Part shown: piece after piece, positions 31,937 through 41,798 of the stretch
How positions within the stretch are numbered: position 1 is the first letter of the stretch
Layout of the letters: each line of letters starts with the position of its first letter
NCBI GenBank assembly: GCA_963809485.1
Contig: CAWEJX010000021.1
Span: 32,001 to 96,000, forward strand
Reading direction: 5' to 3'
Source: an uncultured Acidobacteriota bacterium
GTDB lineage: Bacteria > Acidobacteriota > UBA6911
Length of the DNA: 64,000 nt
Translations under genes and position numbers: made by a program
The notes under the pieces: generated by a model
Database searches by the model: none
Told to the model about the DNA's origin: nothing
What the model saw: the letters and a program-made list of their open reading frames with translations, nothing else

Positions 31937-32513
31937 GATACAGGATCGTCGTTTCGTACTGCTCATCCGTGGGGTCGGGGTCATACACGTTCTCGATGAA
32001 GACAACGTCCACTCCCTCCCGCGTGGCCGGGGTGGTGCTGGTCTTGTTTTGCTGGAACGTCTCGGTCGTCACGTCCGGAGTAGCAACCAGGATGCCGCCA
32101 GGGTTCAGATGGGCGTGTGCGGTGCGGAACGCTGCCACAAAGTCTGTCCGGCACCTCATGTGTGAGATCGCGTCGTCCATGAGCACGGCATCAAAAGTCC
32201 TGCCGAGTCTGCACGTCCGCATATCGTCCTGGACAAACGTGCACTCGGGATTCAGTTCCTTCGCCTGCGCAAGCATGGCGGCACTTAGATCGACACCGGT
32301 GACGTTGAACTGCCGCTTCAGGTTCAGGACGGTCTTCCCGCCCCCGCACCCTATGTCCAGCAATGTGGTTGCCGGGCGCCTGGCGTGCTGACGGATCAGA
32401 CCCGTGACGTGTTGGCAGTAGTGCGCGTATTCAGTGGCGGCATTGCCCCACATAGGCCAAAGCCACGCCAAGTCCGTATAGAGCCGGCAGGTATCTTGCA
32501 TCTCTCTTCTCAT
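31830..32513 (-). CDS. Class I SAM-dependent methyltransferase (cassette-like, C-terminus possibly truncated)
   Basis: LLDIGCGGG, GVDLS, LNPGGILV; ATG directly after GTTCGGC. Confidence 0.85.
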   Translation of the reverse strand: MRREMQDTCRLYTDLAWLWPMWGNAATEYAHYCQHVTGLIRQHARRPATTLLDIGCGGGKTVLNLKRQFNVTGVDLSAAMLAQAKELNPECTFVQDDMRTCRLGRTFDAVLMDDAISHMRCRTDFVAAFRTAHAHLNPGGILVATPDVTTETFQQNKTSTTPATREGVDVVFIENVYDPDPTDEQYETTILYLIREHGRLRIETDHWTMGVFSLDMWRRVLRETGRK

Positions 32514-32526
32514 GCCGAACGCCTGA

Positions 32527-32724
32527 GTCATGTGCCTCCGGCAAAGCCGAAAGCTTGAAAGATTTGAACCGCTCAAAGCGGTTGGACTAGTTACGCCGGT
32601 CTTGAACGCTGACTTACGCCGACCCTCGCCCAACAAATCGGCGTTTGTCAGCGCTTTTATCAGCATTTCTCAGCGTTTCAAAACACGAAGCTGTCAAACT
32701 CTTTTGAGTCCCCCGGCAGAGCCG
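32527..32724 (-). mobile_element. Non-autonomous IS200/IS605-like hairpin element, copy 1
   Basis: Terminal hairpins CCTCCGGCAAAGCCG and CCCCGGCAGAGCCG, AACCGCTCAAAGCGGTT; 3 other copies in window. Confidence 0.75.
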
Positions 32725-32752
32725 TGGACGATCCGCCGGATGCGCCGACGCA

Positions 32753-33499
32753 TCACCGCGGCATCAGCGCGAACACACCCCAGCCCAGGTATTCACGCGT
32801 GTAAGCGGCGTAGCGCTCGGGTTCCGAGGTCAGTTTGGCTCGAACATCTTTCGCGAACTCGTCGCCGGGGTTGGCTTCAAGCCATCGGCGCATGGTGAGC
32901 CATTTGGCCGCCTCGTATCTGTCCCAGCCGTCCTGGTCAGCCAAAACCATTTCAACGACGTCGTAGCCAAGGCGGCCGAAAGACGCGAGAAGCTCCGGAA
33001 GCATGAGATAGTCGGAGATTGAGTTGGCAAGACATCCCTTGGCAACCTCTTCCGTCGGCGGTAACTGCCGCCAGTAGGGCTCGCCGATGAGGATGATCCC
33101 TCCTGGGCGCAGGCTCCGCGCCAGAAGCTCGATAGTGCCGGCGACTCCACCGGCGATCCAGGTGGCACCGACACAGGCTGCCACACTGACCTTCTCGTCA
33201 GAGACATAGCCGGCAGCATCGCCATGGATGAACTTGACTTGATCGGCGACGCCGAGTTCTACAGCACGGAGTTTCGCTTGCTCGGTGTACAACTGGCTCA
33301 TGTCGATGCCTGTGCCGATGACGCCGTGATCGCGTGCCCAGGTGCACAGCATCTCCCCCGAACCGCTGCCGAGGTCGAGCACTCGGGCTCCCGATTCCAG
33401 ACGCAGCGCCGCGCCGAGAGTGGCGAGCTTTTCGGGTGTGATCGGGTTGTGGATGCGGTGAGCACTCTCAGTGATGTTGAATATCCGCGGGATGTCCAT
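32753..33499 (-). CDS. YjhP-like class I SAM-dependent methyltransferase
   Basis: MDIPRIFNITESAHRIHNP..., VLDLGSGSG, REYLGWGVFAL; 248 aa. Confidence 0.9.
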   Translation of the reverse strand: MDIPRIFNITESAHRIHNPITPEKLATLGAALRLESGARVLDLGSGSGEMLCTWARDHGVIGTGIDMSQLYTEQAKLRAVELGVADQVKFIHGDAAGYVSDEKVSVAACVGATWIAGGVAGTIELLARSLRPGGIILIGEPYWRQLPPTEEVAKGCLANSISDYLMLPELLASFGRLGYDVVEMVLADQDGWDRYEAAKWLTMRRWLEANPGDEFAKDVRAKLTSEPERYAAYTREYLGWGVFALMPR

Positions 33500-33540
33500 T
33501 GTGAAAAATCTCCTTACGGGTGTGAATAGATCCGGCCAGG

Positions 33541-33590
33541 TCCTAACCTGGATTATACAGAACTTGAGAAATAATTCGCTAGGTGAATAG
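33541..33590 (-). other. attI-like recombination site, copy 1
   Basis: Minus strand TTCACCTAGCGAATTATTT...GTTCTGTATAATCCAG/GTTAGGA just upstream of a cassette-type gene; paralog at 38082-38131. Confidence 0.55.
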
Positions 33591-33687
33591 CGCTGGTGTA
33601 CCAGGAATCCCAATTGCCTGGATAGCCATTAATATTTGAATCACGCTCAACGATCTCAGCCACTGAAAGACCTCAAATAGGAGTAAA

Positions 33688-33957
33688 ATGTTTTTGGTAA
33701 TCCTCAAAGGCAGGGGGATCCGTGAAGTGAGTCACTATCGTTATCCAATCATCGAAGCTGAAGGCGAGCGCATGCGGAAGGCGTTCACCTATAGCAATTG
33801 GCACTTCAGGATCTGTTTGGCGTTGATGATCATTGGAGTATTTTGCATTATATCTTCTCATTCTCGGGCAGGTCTATTGTTCATGGCCGTATCGGTCTGC
33901 ATCTATCTTTATCCCTTCCAGTGGAAGAATGCTTTGAAGAAGCCTTTGGGGAAATAG
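33688..33957 (+). CDS. Small two-TM membrane protein
   Basis: Two hydrophobic segments; start uncertain. Confidence 0.4.
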   Translation: MFLVILKGRGIREVSHYRYPIIEAEGERMRKAFTYSNWHFRICLALMIIGVFCIISSHSRAGLLFMAVSVCIYLYPFQWKNALKKPLGK

Positions 33958-33959
33958 AG

Positions 33960-34538
33960 CTGGGGGGGCACGAATTCTACCCTGGAGTATCCGATGTGCC
34001 CCATGCAAATTAGTTTTTTCAGCATTGGTGAGATCTCTGCAAACCACAGAGGCACGCCGTTGGAATCCAGTTCGATGCGAACGGTGTCCCCGCCCACCGC
34101 CGCCGTGTAGTAAGGATCCTGATCCATGATCGGACGAGTTGAGTCCAGCCTGGCGTGCGTGATAAGGACGTGATCCGTCTCAAACACAGCCGGCAGTTGT
34201 TCCAGGAAGCATGCCCAATGATCCCAGTCCTCCTTCGGCAGCAACGAGAGAGTTTGTTCCCGGCTCCAGGCCGGCTTGCTGGTGCCGCGAATTGTCCCGG
34301 CGACTCGCCGTTCATGATTTCCGAGCGCGCTGAAAGCATTTGGCAAATCGCGAAAGAAGGCAGCCGCTTTCCAGGAATCTGGGCCACGATCGAGAAAGTC
34401 CCCGACCGTGACTAATGCATCTCGCGCCCCAAAGTTGACAAGATGGCATAGTTCCTGGAACTCCACGTAGCAGCCGTGGATGTCTCCAACAACAATCGCA
34501 CGGTCAAATCCGCCGCATGCATGGCTATACGATTTCAT
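33960..34538 (-). pseudogene. Metallophosphoesterase (ApaH/PrpE-like), 3' truncated
   Basis: GDIHGC, GDFLDRGPDS, GNHE, MGH motifs; expected downstream DTG motif missing. Confidence 0.8.
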
Positions 34539-34581
34539 GAACTGAAATTAGTCCCATTTCCAAAAAGCAGAACGAAATCAA

Positions 34582-35913
34582 CTATTCGCTATAGACAAGA
34601 GAAGTAGGTGCGGAGAGCAAAAACTCCTCTAAGGTGACTCCGGTTACTTGCTTTGACCTGAACGGCGATCTGCAAATGACCGTTAGGTGGTCGCGCGGAA
34701 AAATCCTGGAAAACCAGCTGAAGTCCATTGGACTGGCTTTCCCCCTTTTGACTTCAATGAAATCTCTATCAGGAGTTACAAAATCAATCTCGTGCTCCTT
34801 CGAAGCCCAGAAACCTATTGCTTCCGGATTAGACCTCCCTCCAAGGACGCATCGTCGCCATATTTCCTGCGCCACCAGCCATTCCATAAAAACTCCTTGT
34901 ATGTCCGGTAAAAGGTCTTCGAATTCGTGAACATACCTCAGAGAGGACGGGTGAAACGCGATGGCAACTGCCAGGTTGATGAAATTGAACTTGCAGGGCT
35001 TCCGCATAAGTACGGTTCTCTTGTTGGTATCAATCGGCCATGAGGGCATGACCGATAAAAGATCGGAGAGCTGTTCGATGTATCCACTGGCTACCGTGTT
35101 GTTGGCAAGCCCCCCATCGCGGGCGAGTTTCGCAAATCCGACGGTGTTACCGCCGTTGTTCATGATGACGTGCAACAACCGGATTAAAGACAGCCTTTTT
35201 CTTCCGGATGAAACGACTTCTCCCAAAACCCAGTCGCGCACGATCTGGATAAAATATTCAGGAAGCCGCTCAAATTGACATATGTCATTGCAGGCAACCG
35301 GGGAACCTCCGGTCAGCAGATATGCGATCCAGGATTTCTCTCCATGAATCTCTTGAGCATTCAAATTGAATTCCCTATAGGAGATTGGAAGGAAAATATA
35401 TTCATTCTTTGACAATTTTCCTTTCCTGCCGGGAAGCTTCTCCGAGCCGTGGCGAAGATCGGACGCCGTTGAACCGGTCGTGATGATGAGGACATCCCTA
35501 AAAAGTCCCCGGTCGATCACCCGCTTTACGGCTTTTTCCCAGGCCGGTACGGCCGTTATCTCATCGATAAATAGTCGCTTGATTCCGACGTCTCTGGAAT
35601 AGGAGGCATACAGGTTGGTCAATTCCAGATCCAGTTCATCCGCAGAGGCAATTTCGTCGCCATTTAAATAATAGGAAGAACCTTTCCCGAATTCCTCTGC
35701 CGACTGTCGCAGGTTCATGTCGAGCCACGTGCTCTTGCCGTATTGGCGTGGTCCACGGATGATGATAAGCCCCGGTTCTGTCGGAAGTTCGTTCAGCCCG
35801 AATTCGAAACGAAACTGATGAGCTTTGGATTCCAATTCAATGATCCGAGGCCACATGTCATCGCGATCGATGTTTCCTTGCGCCAGCAGCTGATTGATTG
35901 TCTTAACGTCCAT
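34582..35913 (-). CDS. AAA_14/DUF4143 ATP-binding protein
   Basis: GPRQYGKST, LFIDEIT, TTGS, GG.P, C-terminal EIDF...EVK nuclease-like motif. Confidence 0.9.
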   Translation of the reverse strand: MDVKTINQLLAQGNIDRDDMWPRIIELESKAHQFRFEFGLNELPTEPGLIIIRGPRQYGKSTWLDMNLRQSAEEFGKGSSYYLNGDEIASADELDLELTNLYASYSRDVGIKRLFIDEITAVPAWEKAVKRVIDRGLFRDVLIITTGSTASDLRHGSEKLPGRKGKLSKNEYIFLPISYREFNLNAQEIHGEKSWIAYLLTGGSPVACNDICQFERLPEYFIQIVRDWVLGEVVSSGRKRLSLIRLLHVIMNNGGNTVGFAKLARDGGLANNTVASGYIEQLSDLLSVMPSWPIDTNKRTVLMRKPCKFNFINLAVAIAFHPSSLRYVHEFEDLLPDIQGVFMEWLVAQEIWRRCVLGGRSNPEAIGFWASKEHEIDFVTPDRDFIEVKRGKASPMDFSWFSRIFPRDHLTVICRSPFRSKQVTGVTLEEFLLSAPTSLVYSE

Positions 35914-36074
35914 AGCGTTAATATACCTAACGTTTCAAACGTTAGCAACTGGATATCCTTTTAGCCGTGCTTCATCGTATTTTTATCGTTTTCCGTTTCC
36001 CGAGGGCGGATCAGATTATCGGGATCAACATTCACGGTTTTTTCTCGAGCGTCCCGGAAGATCCTGATCTTTAT

Positions 36075-36548
36075 TCAATGCGGTGCGACGGTTTGAGCAC
36101 TCCGAGCGAAGTGATGAACTACGCGCCGCGCCCCGAGCAGCTTTCGACGCGCGACGAGGCCATCAAGGCGGCGCTGCATTATCCGGCTGGACTCAACGCC
36201 GCGAAGACTTTCGCCGACGTGAAGGCGCCCTTTACTGCGGATGCCTATCGTTACGAAAACGGCCAGGCGATGGCAGGTCCCGACTGCAAGTTCGCCCCCG
36301 GCTGCCAGAACATCTCGACGCAATCGCTCGCGATCTTCAATCGCCTCGGTGAGGTGCAAACGCGCGTCATCGCCGTCGATGAGCGCATGGGCATCGTCTG
36401 GCTGCGCATGGCTTGGGGCGTGCGCGAGCGCGGCGGTGACCAGCTCATAGTGTGGGAGACATTCAAGCTCTACGACGGCAAAATCCACGCTGTGGAGGCG
36501 TTCATGAGAATACTGCCGGTGGACAAGCGCAACGGAGGGTGGGAGTAG
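36075..36548 (+). pseudogene. C-terminal fragment of a conserved hypothetical protein
   Basis: GC-rich coding-like segment (YRYENG, AVDERMGIV, FKLYDGKIHAVEAF) without plausible start. Confidence 0.55.
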
Positions 36549-36752
36549 CAGTAATTTCTCAGATCGGGGGAGTTACTGGAATTTCATGTCTCCGGAAGTT
36601 CGGCTGTATGTCCAAGTGAAAACATCATTCTTATGTCCCGGGACGCCTCTCGGCAGTGTTATAATTTGCGCATGGATTCTCCAAATCTCAAGGCATATAA
36701 GAACTCACTCTTGTCCAAATTAGCTTTCGATTTCTAAGGGCCGGAGGCCCGG

Positions 36753-37030
36753 CAGATAACAGCCAGGGGTGAGCGCAGCGAACCCCTGGTAGGAATTGGC
36801 AATAGAAAGAGCCCTGGAATGCGTGATAGGATATAGTCTTTCGCCCTTCCCAGGGCTCTTTTCTTCGCCATAGGAACCAGGGATTCGCTCCGCTCATCCC
36901 TGGCTATTCTCTTTCCGCCCCTACCGGGGCTTGGTGCCAACCTCGTCCTTGCAGGGGCACTTCATGAGCCACAAGTTGAATGCTTTCAATGAGCCCTCTG
37001 TTTCCAATGGGCCAATTTGGACAGCACTGA
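36753..37030. repeat. ~280-bp repeat with REP-like multi-hairpin, copy B (inverted)
   Basis: Reverse complement of 28539-28816. Confidence 0.85.
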
Positions 37031-37213
37031 TTCTGATAGTACCCTGCTGCATATTCGCCCTCCCATTTGAGTAATTTCCTCCCACATTTTCCGACTTGTG
37101 CCATTCACAATGTGAGCAGAAACTCTTCTTCACGATCCTGCTTCAAATGCCGCAATGTCCGGTCCGCCCAAACACCTTAATGGCAGCGCATGACTCACCA
37201 AAGATCAGGGTAT

Positions 37214-37597
37214 TTATATCCAACGCTTTACTGCCGCGGCCGTATCGCCCGGCACTGTATTGAAGCACAGCTTTGCTTGAGGTGCGTGCTCATGCACCAC
37301 GTTGATTAACTTCTCAAACAGTATGAAGTTGCTTGGGTTCGCTCGTACACCTGCCCCGATCAGGATGCAATCGAAGCGCTTCTGCTCGAGTACGTTTTGA
37401 ACAACTGCCTCGGCAGTTTCGCCAAAGTCGGTCAAACACATTTGCACACTGTACCCAAGACGAGTCAATTCGTCCTCAGAGGATTTGAGACCGGCCAGTA
37501 CCTTCGTTGCATTCATGCCCGGCGCGTAGCCCGGTTGTGTGAAATCAATCAGTGCTGGATCCAGACCGATCACAAGTACACTTTTCTCACCTGTCAT
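37214..37597 (-). CDS. Conserved hypothetical protein (cassette-borne)
   Basis: GGAGG RBS overlapping attC end; FDCILIGAGVR, APQAKLCFN. Confidence 0.8.
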   Translation of the reverse strand: MTGEKSVLVIGLDPALIDFTQPGYAPGMNATKVLAGLKSSEDELTRLGYSVQMCLTDFGETAEAVVQNVLEQKRFDCILIGAGVRANPSNFILFEKLINVVHEHAPQAKLCFNTVPGDTAAAVKRWI

Positions 37598-37604
37598 AGC
37601 TGCC

Positions 37605-37682
37605 TCCCAATGTTGTGGCTAACCGGCGCGCAAAAGTAGGCGAAACCGACTGAAGCGCGTCCGGTTGACCCGCGTGTTAGGC
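37605..37682 (-). other. Integron attC site
   Basis: Minus strand GCCTAAC-ACGCGG-GTCAACCGGACGCGC...GCGCGCCGGTTAGC-CACAAC-ATTGGGA; 78 bp imperfect hairpin with unpaired base, between two co-oriented genes. Confidence 0.8.
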
Positions 37683-37710
37683 CCGACCGCGTTAGAAGTC
37701 GGGCCTGAGC

Positions 37711-38055
37711 TTACTCTTGCCTGACTATATCGACCGAGATCTCCACTGCCGGAATCGTCCCTCTGTTCTCAAGCCAGTGTGTGGTGTTCCTATCCTCGGG
37801 CCAGCCCACGCCCAGCCCATAGTCCGTAGCGACTCCATTCCGATGGTCAGTGATCGTTCCTTGCAGTATGTAGACGGTGCCTGGTCTGTCTTTATGGTCG
37901 TGAATCGGGCCGAAGACGCCTCCAGGTTCGATGGTCACCATACGCATTCGAAGTTGGCGCCCTGCCATGCCCTCGATCTCAGGGCCAAGGTCAACCGCTG
38001 CAAGTAGCTTCACCGTAAGACCTTTCGTCTCCGGTGCCACCTGTTCGTTGCTCAT
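37711..38055 (-). CDS. Cupin domain protein (gene cassette)
   Basis: HDHKDRPGTVYILQG...THWLEN; GAGGAG RBS; bounded by GTTAGGC and GCCTAAC. Confidence 0.88.
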   Translation of the reverse strand: MSNEQVAPETKGLTVKLLAAVDLGPEIEGMAGRQLRMRMVTIEPGGVFGPIHDHKDRPGTVYILQGTITDHRNGVATDYGLGVGWPEDRNTTHWLENRGTIPAVEISVDIVRQE

Positions 38056-38081
38056 CGCGCTCTCCTCTCTGTACTTCCAGG

Positions 38082-38131
38082 GCCTAACTGAAATTATACA
38101 GAACCTGCAAAATAATACGCTGGGTGAACAG
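38082..38131 (-). other. attI-like recombination site, copy 2
   Basis: Minus strand TTCACCCAGCGTATTATTT...GTTCTGTATAATTTCA/GTTAGGC; heads the cupin cassette. Confidence 0.6.
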
Positions 38132-38518
38132 TGGCAACGCGCACGCTTAACCCCGCGCCCGGTCCACGGCAAATCAATCCAGAGTTTTAGATCCCCCTCC
38201 CCATCGGCCATCAGTCATTGTCATCTTCCGGTTGTGGCATTGCCGGCAGAGTGCCTGCCAGTTGGATTGATCCCAGAAGAGATATGAATCGCGGCGGTCT
38301 TGATCGCTTCCTTGAGGGAAGCATTCAGCCGCGAGGTGTCGCCGGAGATTTCGAAAAAGAGGCGTCCGATTGGCATTTAGAAGTTTCTCAACATTGGTAT
38401 TATGGCATTTTCTTTATTGAAATCGCTGAATCCGCCTCTAGAATTTGCGTTAGCACACAAGGTCGAACGTGGGAACCGTAATTCGATGGTCTAACCACAT
38501 TTCCAGGAGTGCACCGCC

Positions 38519-39319
38519 ATGCCCAGAATCAAAGCCGGACCGATAAGCATCAACTATGAAATCGCTGGCAAAGGAGAGCCTCTTTTACTCATCATGGGAT
38601 TCATGTCGCCCGGAGCGGCGTGGCTTCCTGCGCTGCCAATGCTGGGGATGTTCCAGTGTGTCTATTTCGATAACCGAGGCACTGGCCTCACGGATAAGCC
38701 GGAGGGGATTTACACAATAGAGCAGATGGCCGACGACGCCGGCAATTTGCTTAAAGCGTTAAACATGCCTAAAGCAAAAGTCTACGGCGTTTCGATGGGT
38801 GGGATGATCGCACAGGAACTTGTGCTGCGTCACCCGGATCAGGTCGAAAAGGTTGTGCTTGGATGCACGATGCCCGGGGGGCCGAATTCCAGAATGCCCC
38901 CGCCTGAAATCGGACAGAAGCTGATGGAAAGCACAAAAATGATGGCGCTGGACCCGGACAAAAGCCTCGACGCCATAATATCGCTATGCTTCCCGAGAGA
39001 CTTCGTCAGGACTCATCCGGAAATCAAAACACTGCTGATGGAGGGGAAGTCCGTGGCTCCTCCAACACCTCCCGAGACCGCCGATCGCACTATGCCTGGG
39101 CTTATGACTTTCAACGCCTATGATCGACTATCGGAGATAAAATGCCCCGTTTTGATTGTTCATGGGGACCAGGACATGCTGATCCCGGTCGAGAACGCCA
39201 ATATCATTAAAGAGCGGATTCCCCAGGCCGAGCTATTCATCATCCCGGGTGCGGGTCACATGTTTTGGTTTATTGATCCGGTAGGGATACATCAACGTAT
39301 TGTGGAATTCCTAAAATAG
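38519..39319 (+). CDS. Alpha/beta hydrolase
   Basis: FDNRGTG, GVSMGG nucleophile elbow, HGDQD, GAGH. Confidence 0.93.
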   Translation: MPRIKAGPISINYEIAGKGEPLLLIMGFMSPGAAWLPALPMLGMFQCVYFDNRGTGLTDKPEGIYTIEQMADDAGNLLKALNMPKAKVYGVSMGGMIAQELVLRHPDQVEKVVLGCTMPGGPNSRMPPPEIGQKLMESTKMMALDPDKSLDAIISLCFPRDFVRTHPEIKTLLMEGKSVAPPTPPETADRTMPGLMTFNAYDRLSEIKCPVLIVHGDQDMLIPVENANIIKERIPQAELFIIPGAGHMFWFIDPVGIHQRIVEFLK

Positions 39320-39505
39320 AAGCCTCCAGTGCCTGATCCGGGCAACTGCCGAGGATTTCTCATGCTTTAGGCCGAGATCGGCCAGTTTCCCCTGCTCCTC
39401 GAGTGTTACGAGCCGAATGAAAACGGATCCGCCCCATTCCGGGACTTCCACTTCCTGCAGTGTTGGCGATGCGGCGAGTATCTGTTCTTTGGTCAATTGG
39501 CTCAT
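39311..39505 (-). pseudogene. Phage tail assembly chaperone-like fragment
   Basis: LTKEQILAA...EVEVPEWGGSVFIR; directly follows tail tube fragment. Confidence 0.7.
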
Positions 39506-39507
39506 GT

Positions 39508-39747
39508 CTAGCTCCAGGTCACCGGCCCGGTGATGCGAAGTGTCACATTGAGTTCGAGAGCGGAAGCAACCGGCGCGGTCGGCTGGATGTTTGCCACATA
39601 AGCAGCAAAGCTGGCCTTGGTTGCCCCGGTATCAGGGAACAGAAGCTCGAAATTCCGCAGCTTCCCCTCCTCATAATCCTTGAGCAGACCGTTGGTTGAA
39701 AACCCCTGCGTCTCGTCATCCGGCAGGAAGTTGCACTTGTATGTCAA
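39508..39747 (-). pseudogene. Phage major tail tube protein, C-terminal fragment
   Basis: NFLPDD...FELLFPD...SFAAYV...LRITGPVTW pattern. Confidence 0.7.
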
Positions 39748-40294
39748 CCCTTCCCGGCGCAGGAAGTAACCGTTTGATCGTTTTCATGAGCCAAACGATG
39801 CATTGACCGATAGATTCCGTAAAACGCGTCCTGCTCGGCAACTGTGAGATTTCCGCGACCATAGAAGAATTTGAAGGCGTATTCACGATCAATTGGAGGC
39901 ACAGGAATCGGCAGGACATGATGCAGGGCATTCGAGTTCGCTACAATTTGTACTTTCGCGATGCTCACTCGAAGGGCCGAAAGTACTGACCATAACCTTG
40001 TGATTACATCGTTCAGCTGAACGGAAGTATTTTTTGTAAGGGTAAGCAAGGCTAGGGTTTCAAGTTGCAGGCCTGCTGTCGGAAGCTGGTATTAATCTCG
40101 TCGATCCCACGAAATTTAGTGTTACCTGGAATCATGCGGTGCAAGCCCCGGGCAGTCAGTGTTGCATATAGAAAATCTTTGCCAGCTGCCTTGTCTTCTG
40201 TAATCCAAGCCCGACCTATTTCCACGAATACCCGCACTTTTTGCAGGCCCATCTCTTTTTCAAGAACGGCAGTGGGATACCCGTCAGCAGCCAT
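39744..40294 (-). pseudogene. Degraded hypothetical gene in two pieces
   Basis: Consecutive ORF pieces (LYATLTARGLHRM; LHHVLP..VPPIDREY) separated by a stop and apparent frame change. Confidence 0.45.
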
Positions 40295-40737
40295 GATAGG
40301 AACGCGAACTTGCGCGAAAATACTTCATACCCAAGCTCGGATGAGCCGCATTTCGGGCAGACCGGGCCCTCTTTTTCCGATCCATCCTCAGGCACAGGCT
40401 TCTGCGCAAGTATCTCCCTGGCCCTTTCTGCGTCCTCTTCCCTGACCTGCAGCTTGACGCCGCCGATCGCATTGGAAAAGAGCCAGTTCGCGGAGACCGT
40501 GCTTTCGTCCAGCGTGAAGACTTCTATGCCGTCCGCCTCAAGCTTTGCCCTTGCAAGATCAACATCGATTATATTAATTAGGTTTGCGACCGTTACGAAC
40601 TTTTCCGTCCTATTGGCAGCAACAGGCCCGGGTTCTTCATGTGGCTCGGGAGGCAATTCAGGCATAAGATCAACATCGCACTTAGCGCAACTTGTAAACC
40701 CTTCCCTGTATTCTTCCTTGCATTTCGGGCACCACAT
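40216..40737 (-). CDS. DUF2007 domain protein with Zn-ribbon motifs
   Basis: CPKC..CAKC, LARAKLEADGI, GGVKLQV, CPKCGS, CKKCG. Confidence 0.85.
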   Translation of the reverse strand: MWCPKCKEEYREGFTSCAKCDVDLMPELPPEPHEEPGPVAANRTEKFVTVANLINIIDVDLARAKLEADGIEVFTLDESTVSANWLFSNAIGGVKLQVREEDAERAREILAQKPVPEDGSEKEGPVCPKCGSSELGYEVFSRKFAFLSWLLTGIPLPFLKKRWACKKCGYSWK

Positions 40738-41007
40738 AATCAATTTTTACCTGTCATTGCGGGCAAGCCCTCAGCAGCACCTCTACCTCATGGCGCAGGT
40801 GCCGCCGCCGAGCTTTGTCTTGTAATGTTTCCTATTATACGGCAGCTTCATAAGGATTTCGGCACTCTGATCCGGCCCCTTTTGGAACTTTGATTTGGCC
40901 CCGTCTAAGTTGCAGATAATTATCATCTTCCCGAATTTTTTTGATTGTGCATTTTTCAGGGTTTAGTGATTAATTAGGGAGAGGAGATCACCTGAAAGGA
41001 ATCCAGA

Positions 41008-41208
41008 GTGAAGGTGCCCGTGATAATCGGAAGTCCACGCGGGGAGCACGGAAACACGCAGATTCCGGTCAAGGAATTCCTGGAGGGGGCAAAAGAGGCC
41101 GGCGGCAGGACTGAGATTGTCTTTTTGAAGAAAAAAAGTTCGAGCAATGCAATGTTCGTCAAACACGTCAACGCCCATTATGAAAAGCTGGGCCTGACGA
41201 AGATATAA
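41008..41208 (+). pseudogene. Flavodoxin-family N-terminal fragment
   Basis: IIGSPRGEHGNT...FLEGAKEAG then degenerates. Confidence 0.7.
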
Positions 41209-41249
41209 CACCCGACCTGGAGCCCGAATCCGGCAGTAAAATTTGGGAT

Positions 41250-41798
41250 ATGAACCTTGGAGTCTATTTATCACGAATCGTTGCGATGATGGCTTGCCTG
41301 TCGATTTTATTCGGGCAGGCGATCTCCCAAACACAGGCCGCCGAGACCTACGGATATCCTGGTATTGAGAAAGGAGCTTCCCCTATGTCTACCGAGGCGA
41401 ACAAAGCGCTGATCCGGCGCGTCTATGAACTCAGCACGCAAAAGGATGTAGCCAAATTGTTTGAATTGTATGATCCCGGATATATTGAGCATTTGCGCAA
41501 CGGCGATCAGTCTCTGGAACAACTGAAGGCCGGGATTCCGGCAATTTTTGCGGCATTCCCGGATATTAGATTTTCGGTTGAGGACATGGTGGCGGAGGGG
41601 GATAAGGTCGCTTATCGAGTCACGATAACGGGAACACACACCGGCGGTCCGTATATGGGAGTTGCCCCGAGCGGCAAAAAGATTGAAATGAGGAACACTT
41701 CCATCAAAAGGATTGCCCATGGCAGATTGGCGGAATCGTGGGGCACCCTCGATACCATAAGTGCGATGCGGCAGCTCGGCTTGATTCCCGACAGGTAA
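41250..41798 (+). CDS. SnoaL-like ester cyclase
   Basis: AAFPDIRF, AEGDKV, GTHTG, APSGK, QLGLIP; start uncertain. Confidence 0.9.
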   Translation: MNLGVYLSRIVAMMACLSILFGQAISQTQAAETYGYPGIEKGASPMSTEANKALIRRVYELSTQKDVAKLFELYDPGYIEHLRNGDQSLEQLKAGIPAIFAAFPDIRFSVEDMVAEGDKVAYRVTITGTHTGGPYMGVAPSGKKIEMRNTSIKRIAHGRLAESWGTLDTISAMRQLGLIPDR

